Shown in pieces: positions 28,596 to 34,920 of a stretch of 50,416 nt of DNA; within the stretch, counting starts at the first letter, position 1, and each line of letters starts with the position of its first letter. This stretch comes from a virus (lineage: Duplodnaviria > Caudoviricetes), in IMG/VR virus record IMGVR_UViG_3300033145_001556, positions 1 through 50,416 of that record; one strand, given 5' to 3'. The notes below the pieces were generated by a model. The model ran no database searches, had not been told where the DNA came from, and saw only the letters and a program-made list of their open reading frames with translations. The translations under genes and the position numbers were made by a program.

Positions 28596-29068
28596 CAGTA
28601 GCCCCCAGGCTTGGGGCGGCTCGCACTCGGCGCGAACACGAACTGCGGACTCTCGGGCGTGCTCACGCTGCCGCCGACGTTCGGGTTGGCGCCGGCGATG
28701 GCCTCGGCTGCCGGTCGGAGGCCCGCCGCGGCGATCCGCTCGAGCTGCTTCTCGGCCTTCTCCTTCAGGCCGTCGTAGATGCCCCGGCCGTCCGCGCCCC
28801 GCCACTCGGGCTTACGCTGGGCTCCGAGGGCCATGACGATCGAGCGAATGGCGCCGTTGACGGCGGGGTCGGCGGCCATCGCCGCGCGGGCGACAGGGTC
28901 GGGCCACGCCTTGGCGAGGATGGCGTCGGCGATCCCGCTGGCCTCGGCGACGGCGTCGTCGAACGCCGTCTGGTTCATCGCGGCGGAGCCGTCGTCCGTG
29001 AACGCTTCGCGCACCTGCCGCGGCGTGAACTTGGCCGCGACCTGGGCGAACGTCACGTAGGCGGCCAC
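28595..29068 (-). CDS. Head-tail adaptor (Mu gp36/DUF1320-like)
   Basis: AYVT...AVAEASGIADAIL...AEKQLERIAAAG. Confidence 0.8.
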   Translation of the reverse strand: MAAYVTFAQVAAKFTPRQVREAFTDDGSAAMNQTAFDDAVAEASGIADAILAKAWPDPVARAAMAADPAVNGAIRSIVMALGAQRKPEWRGADGRGIYDGLKEKAEKQLERIAAAGLRPAAEAIAGANPNVGGSVSTPESPQFVFAPSASRPKPGGY

Positions 29069-29071
29069 GGC

Positions 29072-29611
29072 CTACTCCTGCAGCAGGCCGAGCCTGGCGA
29101 GCTCCGCGACGGTCTCCTTGGTGACGGCGAAGACCCGGTAGGCCGTTCCCACCGACTTCTGAAGCTCGTCGGCTTGCTTCTGGGACCCCGCCGCCAGGAC
29201 GTCGCCGGCGTTGGCCTCGACGCGAACGCCCCCGAGACCGCTCGTGGTGACGCTCTCCTTGAGCTGGACGGCCGTCTTGGGCAGGTCCTTGATGGTAGAG
29301 CTCTGGGACTTCTGGAGCAGGTCTCGGAGTTGCCCGGCCTCGCGCTCCGCCTGGTCGGCCCGCGCGCTCTCCTTCTTGAGCTGCTTGGCCTGCTTGGTGA
29401 GGTCGCCCTCGAGGGCCTTGAGGCGGCGCTCGTTGTCGCCGGCGCGCGACGCGGCCTTCTCGAAGTCCTCCGCGATCTTGCGCTGCTTGCTCAGCTCGGT
29501 CTTCAGCTGCTCGTTCTGTGCCTGCAGCTCGAGTTCGCGCTGCTGCACTGGTTGGCGTGCCGGCTCCGCCTGGGCCACCTGGGCCGCTTCCGTGGTCGTC
29601 TCGTCTGCCAT
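29072..29611 (-). CDS. Coiled-coil hypothetical protein after the capsid gene
   Basis: GAGG RBS; long coiled coil. Confidence 0.7.
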   Translation of the reverse strand: MADETTTEAAQVAQAEPARQPVQQRELELQAQNEQLKTELSKQRKIAEDFEKAASRAGDNERRLKALEGDLTKQAKQLKKESARADQAEREAGQLRDLLQKSQSSTIKDLPKTAVQLKESVTTSGLGGVRVEANAGDVLAAGSQKQADELQKSVGTAYRVFAVTKETVAELARLGLLQE

Positions 29612-29680
29612 GTCGCTCGTCCTCGGGTGAGCGGGGCTGGTGCCCCTCTACTGCGTTCAGGCTGGGCGCCGGACAGAAAC

Positions 29681-30814
29681 TCAGACGGTGCTCAGCACGT
29701 CCTTGATGAGGCCGCCGACGATGTTGGAGGCCATGAATGCGGTCTCCTTGTAGCCGGCCTCGAACATCGTGCCGCCCTCGAGGCCCCGCCCCTGCGGCAG
29801 GTACTCGTTGGTGGTCCACCCGGTGCCGTTGCGGCCGCGGGTGCGGAAGGTGTGGCTGGAAGCGATCTTCCGGCCGTCTCGCGGCGGCGTGGCGGGCCCG
29901 CCCACCAGCACGACGTCGTCCGCCAGGATGTACTCGAGCGCGCCGGTCGACACGTTGAGCTTCTTGGCGGGGCAGATGTGCATCGGCGGATAGCCCACCA
30001 CGTTGATGGTGATGAGCCCCTGCGCGTCCGAGGCTCGCGCCACGTCGGGGCTCGGCGCGCCGTCGCCCATCATCTGCTTCATGTAGGCGCGGACCTCGCT
30101 GTCGGCCAGGTAGTAGTAGCCGACGTCGGGGTTCAGGAAGATGCCGCGCACACGGCCGGCGCTCGCCTTGATCCGGTTGTGCAGGTCGAGGCGGGGGTTC
30201 TTCGATCCGCCGGTGTCCCACTGGTAGCTGCCGGTCAGCGTGGTGCGGTTCGTGGCGGCCCAGCTGGCCAGCGTGGTCATCAGGGTGATGATTCGGACCT
30301 CGCGGGCCAGAGCCAGCTTGTCGGCAATCATCTCGCTGTGCGCCGCCCGCACGTTGTACAGGGTGGCCGCGTCGTTCTCCGCCGCCCAGGGGATGAAGGC
30401 CGCGAGCGCGTGCTCCTCGGTCTCGTAGCTGGTCATCGAGCTCAGGTGCTTGATCTCGTTGATCGAACCCGACCGGCCCGTCCGAGTCTCCACGGGCTCG
30501 TAGGCGTTCTCCTTGTCGAAGTCGCGCCGCTGGGCCTTCTCCTTGTCGACCAGCACCACCGGGCTCATCAGGTCGGCGCAGAAGCCCTCGTCGGCGGAGT
30601 AGCCCCCGAGGTAGGTGTCGAGCTCCTCCTGCTGGTTGGAGGTGTCGGCCGGGGTGATCGCCATCAGGATCTGATCGCCCGCCTTGCCGAGATGGGAGTC
30701 CTCGACCAGCGTGAACATGAGCTGCTTGGGTCCGCCGGGCGTGGCGATGAGGCCCTGGGGATGGGTGACGATTCCGCGTTGCGTCGGGAGGACTAGAGCT
30801 GCGCTGCCGTTCAT
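29681..30814 (-). CDS. Major capsid protein
   Basis: 377 aa, after the protease and cement genes; ADLMSPVVLV...YETEEHAL...LAREVRI pattern; AGGAG RBS. Confidence 0.85.
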   Translation of the reverse strand: MNGSAALVLPTQRGIVTHPQGLIATPGGPKQLMFTLVEDSHLGKAGDQILMAITPADTSNQQEELDTYLGGYSADEGFCADLMSPVVLVDKEKAQRRDFDKENAYEPVETRTGRSGSINEIKHLSSMTSYETEEHALAAFIPWAAENDAATLYNVRAAHSEMIADKLALAREVRIITLMTTLASWAATNRTTLTGSYQWDTGGSKNPRLDLHNRIKASAGRVRGIFLNPDVGYYYLADSEVRAYMKQMMGDGAPSPDVARASDAQGLITINVVGYPPMHICPAKKLNVSTGALEYILADDVVLVGGPATPPRDGRKIASSHTFRTRGRNGTGWTTNEYLPQGRGLEGGTMFEAGYKETAFMASNIVGGLIKDVLSTV

Positions 30815-30891
30815 CGTCTGTCTCCTGGTCGCCCCTCAGAATGCGGTTGGTTGGTCGTCTCGGTGGTGGGTGCTGGGTCAGATGGCCGGCG

Positions 30892-31908
30892 CTACGGGGT
30901 CGCCGGGGCCGCGGCCACGAACACCGGGAAGCAGGCGAAGCCCGAGCCCGCGGTGAACACGGAGGTGATGCGGTCGTTCTGGAACTCGCTGCCCTCCTCG
31001 AAGAGCAGCGCGTGCAGGCCCACCTGGTCGCCGAGCTCGTCGCCGATGGTGCCGACGTCGATCCCAGCCACCAGCGTGGCGGCCACGTCGCCCGAGGCGC
31101 CGCCGAGCAGGTCGCCCGCAACCTCGTAGCCGGTGATGTTCGAGCTGATGCCGATGGCCGAGCTCGAGCCGCCGGTGAAGCCCGCGGTCACCTCCCAGTA
31201 AGGCTGCCCACCCAGGCGAAGCGCGAAGCTCTCCGGGATGGTCTCGAGGGCCTCGCCGTCCGTGTTGGTGTAGGCGACGGGGACCTTCAAGACGAACGCC
31301 TTGTCGTCGCGAATCCAGCGGCCGCTGCCGGCGTCGGGCTCGAGGCACAGCTCCTGGGCGGTGTCCTCGCTCATCGTCGCGGTGGAGTTGAAGTGCCAGT
31401 TGCTCTGGTTGGCCCGGCAGTGGACGAGTTGCCCGTTGTAGCGGCTGGACGCGGCCAGGGCCTTCACGGCCGCGATGGTCGCCACGTGCATGATGGCCGC
31501 GTAGGTCCGTCCAAGCTGCTTGAGCTCGACCTCGATGAGCTCGTCGGCGCCGCTGGCGGCGGTGACCGCCCGGCCCACCACCACCTGCGGAGTGCCGAGG
31601 GCCTGCACTGCAGTCACCACACGGCCGGCGCTGTCGACCGACAGCTCGTCGCCGATGCTGATGGCCGCGCCCGAGTAGACCGGGACCTTGCCGTCGACCT
31701 GGATCGAGCGGGTCACGCCGTCTGCCACGAGCTTCTCGACGCAGACGCCGGCGATGGTGTCCGTCGTGGCGGTGGCCAGCGCGACCTCGTCGACGCCGGT
31801 TCCGACCTTCAGGACGTAGTGGGGATTGACGTCAGACCCACCGCTCGGGATGCGTCCCGGACGGAAGTAGTTGGGCTGGGTGATCTCACGGGGCTGGGTG
31901 ACGCTCAT
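30892..31908 (-). CDS. Capsid cement/decoration protein (DUF2190-like) with C-terminal extension
   Basis: GAAISIGDELSVDSAGRVV...VGRAVTAASGADELIEV, followed by about 200 extra aa. Confidence 0.75.
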   Translation of the reverse strand: MSVTQPREITQPNYFRPGRIPSGGSDVNPHYVLKVGTGVDEVALATATTDTIAGVCVEKLVADGVTRSIQVDGKVPVYSGAAISIGDELSVDSAGRVVTAVQALGTPQVVVGRAVTAASGADELIEVELKQLGRTYAAIMHVATIAAVKALAASSRYNGQLVHCRANQSNWHFNSTATMSEDTAQELCLEPDAGSGRWIRDDKAFVLKVPVAYTNTDGEALETIPESFALRLGGQPYWEVTAGFTGGSSSAIGISSNITGYEVAGDLLGGASGDVAATLVAGIDVGTIGDELGDQVGLHALLFEEGSEFQNDRITSVFTAGSGFACFPVFVAAAPATP

Positions 31909-31991
31909 CGGGGTCTCTCCTGCGTGGCTTAGCTCTCGTCCTGGTCGTCCTGGGCCCCCTGCTCAGTGGCGTTCGGTGGCGGGTGCTTCCC

Positions 31992-33641
31992 CTACTGCTG
32001 CGCGGCCGGCTGCTTCAGCCAGGCGCTGGCCTGTTGGATCTGATCGGCCCGGTCCTGGCCGTCGAAGCCCTTCCGGTTGGAGCACAGGTAGGACACGGCC
32101 TTCTCGATGCGGTTGCGCCCGGCGTAGCTCTGGCTGAGCATCTCGGAGCTGTTCGGGTCGGGCTCCGTGCCGGCGCGCTGCTGGCTCGCCGTGATGGGGC
32201 CGGTCGGCGGAGCTTGCGGGCCTTGCGGCGCTGCGGTTGCGGCCCCGCCGAGCTGGGTGCCGTTCGGGCCGGCGACGATGCGGCTCGAGAGGTACTGCCG
32301 CTCCTTCTCGGGCAGCGGGTAGTGCTCGCGGAACTTCGCGAGCTTCACCTCGTCGACCGTGCCGTCGCCCTGGAGGCAGGCGCGCCTGGAGCTCTGGATG
32401 CCGGGCAGCAGCCGGGAGCAGAGCTGCTTGTCGTTGCCCGACAGGTGAGCCGCCACCGCCTCGGCCTCCGCGTCGGCCTCGGTCTCGTTGACCGCGCCCA
32501 GCTTGCTGAGGGCGTCGTTGAGGGCCGTCACCATCGTGTCGGCCTTCTTGGCGTCCGCGATGGCCGTGGTCGCCTTGGCCAGGACGTCGGTGAAGTCCTT
32601 GCTCTCGAACAGCTGGAGCAGCTGGTTCAGGGCGTCCTGCGACTCGTTGCTCTGCTCGACGGCCTTCTCGGCCGCGGCCAGGATGGCGTCGTCCTTGTCT
32701 CGGCAACCCAGGATCGTGGCGAGCTTGGCGGTGAGTTGGGTGGCTTCCATTTCGGTCTCCGCAGTCGGTGGCTCGGGGGACTGGGTCGCGTCTGACCCAC
32801 CCCCTTGAGATACCAGACCACTGAGCATCCGAACAGCTTCGGCGAAGATCTCCTCCCGGGTGGCCAGGGTCCTGAGGCCCAAGAGCCCCCGGATGTTGGA
32901 GACGAGGTACTCCGGCTCGAGCCAGCTGGGAGCGGTGCCGTCGACCAGCATCCGCTGGAATTGCTCGAGCTCCACCAGCACTGCCGCGGCGTCGGCTTCG
33001 GCGCCCAGGCCGAAGATGTCCCGCAGGCCGACGACCGCCTCTTCCGGGGATTCCGCCTCGCCCCACACGCTCACGCTGGCCGCGATCCGCTCCAGGCCTT
33101 GGATGAAGGGGTGGTTGGTCAGAGCCACTGAGGTCAGCACTGGCCCGATTGCCTTGCCGCTCACGGGGTCTTTGCCGTTGGGCCAGACGCAGACGCTGGT
33201 GTTCTCGTAGGCCCCGGAGCGGACCTGCTCGAGGGCGGCCGGAAGGAACTCCGTCAGGGCCCAGAGTTGGGCCGTCCCGTCCGGAGCGTCCCGGACCTCG
33301 AGGTCCAGCACCCAGCCCGCCGCGGGCGCTCCTTGCTGCGGGACGCTGCCCCGGGTGGGGTCCATCTCGGACGCGTGCTCGTAGTCGTACGGCACGACGT
33401 GAGACATGCCGACACCGTTCGCCCCGGCCTCGTAGTCGGGGTGGGAGTGGAGGTTCGCGACCACCGCGTCGAACACCTCGCGCCGGAAGTCGACCACCGG
33501 GTGCATGGGGTGGCCGCGGTAGACACCCTCGAGGGCGACGTTCACCCAGACTGGGGAGGCGTCCTGGCTCTGGTCCACCGACAGGCGGACTCCACGACCG
33601 AATTGGGGGCGACCGAGGGGCTGAGCTTTGCGTGCGGCCAT
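31992..33641 (-). CDS. Prohead protease/scaffold (Mu gpI-like)
   Basis: PYDYEHAS, PAAGWV and LTSVALTNHPFI; helical scaffold-like C-terminus. Confidence 0.92.
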   Translation of the reverse strand: MAARKAQPLGRPQFGRGVRLSVDQSQDASPVWVNVALEGVYRGHPMHPVVDFRREVFDAVVANLHSHPDYEAGANGVGMSHVVPYDYEHASEMDPTRGSVPQQGAPAAGWVLDLEVRDAPDGTAQLWALTEFLPAALEQVRSGAYENTSVCVWPNGKDPVSGKAIGPVLTSVALTNHPFIQGLERIAASVSVWGEAESPEEAVVGLRDIFGLGAEADAAAVLVELEQFQRMLVDGTAPSWLEPEYLVSNIRGLLGLRTLATREEIFAEAVRMLSGLVSQGGGSDATQSPEPPTAETEMEATQLTAKLATILGCRDKDDAILAAAEKAVEQSNESQDALNQLLQLFESKDFTDVLAKATTAIADAKKADTMVTALNDALSKLGAVNETEADAEAEAVAAHLSGNDKQLCSRLLPGIQSSRRACLQGDGTVDEVKLAKFREHYPLPEKERQYLSSRIVAGPNGTQLGGAATAAPQGPQAPPTGPITASQQRAGTEPDPNSSEMLSQSYAGRNRIEKAVSYLCSNRKGFDGQDRADQIQQASAWLKQPAAQQ

Positions 33642-33749
33642 GCCCTCAGGATAGGGGGCGGCCGTCGGGAAGGCTACTCAGGCGTTCAGTTGCAACATCC
33701 TGAATCACTGGGCAGCTTCGCTGACCAGGAGAGGGAAGAGAGCAAGCGG

Positions 33750-34703
33750 ATGCACGTCAAGCAGGTGATAGACTGTGCGCACCGTTGTTCGTCCATATCC
33801 GAGCTGCTGGTGGGGTTGGCTCCGGAGGACAGCCGATGGGCGCCGCACGCTCGCGATTGGCTCTTTCGCGGGCACGGATCTCGGGAGTATCGCCTCGTGG
33901 CAACCGCCTTTCGCGCGAAGAGTTGGGTGCCTTTCGGAGTCGGAGGGAAGGTCTTCGACCCTACAAAGGCAACCAGCAGGAAGGAGCAGGAAAGCGCAGA
34001 GCGGGAAGTGCTCGCGCGCTTCTACGACGTCGCGAACGCGGCGGGGCTTCCACTACCCGGCGATCCTGCCACGCTGGTGATGCTGAGGAGCGCGTTCTTC
34101 CGCCCGGGGATGAACGGAGATGACGAGTGGCCGACACCGGAATGTGTACCGCTGCTGGCAGTCGCGCAGCACTACGGGGTTCCCACACGGCTGCTTGACT
34201 GGACGCGGTCTCCCCTAGCCGCGGCGTACTTCGCTGCAGACAGCGCTTCGCGGCGTGAGGTCGACGGTAAGGACTACCTTGACATCTGGGCCGTCCGTGA
34301 GTCGGTCCTGCGACGGTGCTTGAAGCGAAGTGGGATCGGTGGTGCGCGGTGGGATCTGGCTGAGGTGCCTGAATCCGCGAACGAGAACCTGCACGCACAA
34401 CGCGGGTTGTTCGCTGTGCTGCGCGGGGAGCCGCGACGCGCCAGGGATGGGCTGCAGCTCGACGACTACGTTGGGTTCCTGGGGTCGGTCCACCAGCAGG
34501 TGCCGAGCGCACCGCAGTTGACCCTTCCCGCCATGCGTCGCATCAGTCTTCCGGCGGCGATGGCGCCTGAACTCCTCATGGCGTTGGAGGCGAGAGGTAT
34601 TTCGGGTGCGAGCATCTTCCCGGGCTTCTCAGGGGTGGTGCGCGCAATGAAGGAGCGATCCTTCTACTTGCCCGACTACCCACCCGAGGTCTCCAGCGCC
34701 TAG
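33750..34703 (+). CDS. FRG-domain protein (moron)
   Basis: WLFRGH, AQHYGVPTRLLDWTRSPLAAAYFA, NLHAQRGLF, GISGASIFPG; opposite strand to the head operon. Confidence 0.9.
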   Translation: MHVKQVIDCAHRCSSISELLVGLAPEDSRWAPHARDWLFRGHGSREYRLVATAFRAKSWVPFGVGGKVFDPTKATSRKEQESAEREVLARFYDVANAAGLPLPGDPATLVMLRSAFFRPGMNGDDEWPTPECVPLLAVAQHYGVPTRLLDWTRSPLAAAYFAADSASRREVDGKDYLDIWAVRESVLRRCLKRSGIGGARWDLAEVPESANENLHAQRGLFAVLRGEPRRARDGLQLDDYVGFLGSVHQQVPSAPQLTLPAMRRISLPAAMAPELLMALEARGISGASIFPGFSGVVRAMKERSFYLPDYPPEVSSA

Positions 34704-34714
34704 AAGACCAGGGA

Positions 34715-34918
34715 CTAGTCTTCCCGCCCCTCGAACGCTTCCAGCACGTCCCGGTACTGCGCCATCGCCTCGCGCCACTCGCCGTACTCGTCGCCGGCGG
34801 CCTCGAATGCCTGCTTCTCGAGCTCGGTGAGCTTCGCCAGCGTGAGCTTGCCGGCGCTAAAGAGTTCGCTCGCCTCGCGCATGACGGGGTTCAGCTTGTC
34901 GAAGTCGGGCTTGGCCAT
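34715..34918 (-). CDS. Small acidic helical protein; putative immunity protein for the MuF toxin
   Basis: 67 aa; starts 2 nt after the MuF stop. Confidence 0.6.
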   Translation of the reverse strand: MAKPDFDKLNPVMREASELFSAGKLTLAKLTELEKQAFEAAGDEYGEWREAMAQYRDVLEAFEGRED

Positions 34919-34920
34919 GG

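Noticed and set aside
24237-31121. Long alternative ORFs (24237..26567 +, 28812..31121 -, 29174..30796 +)
   Set aside because: Shadow or off-frame reads of the sheath and capsid genes; Arg/Pro/Gly-rich or motif-free
33267-33749. Long N-terminal extension of the FRG ORF
   Set aside because: Antisense to the protease gene; ATG 33750 has a purine-rich leader and precedes the FRG motif at a normal distance
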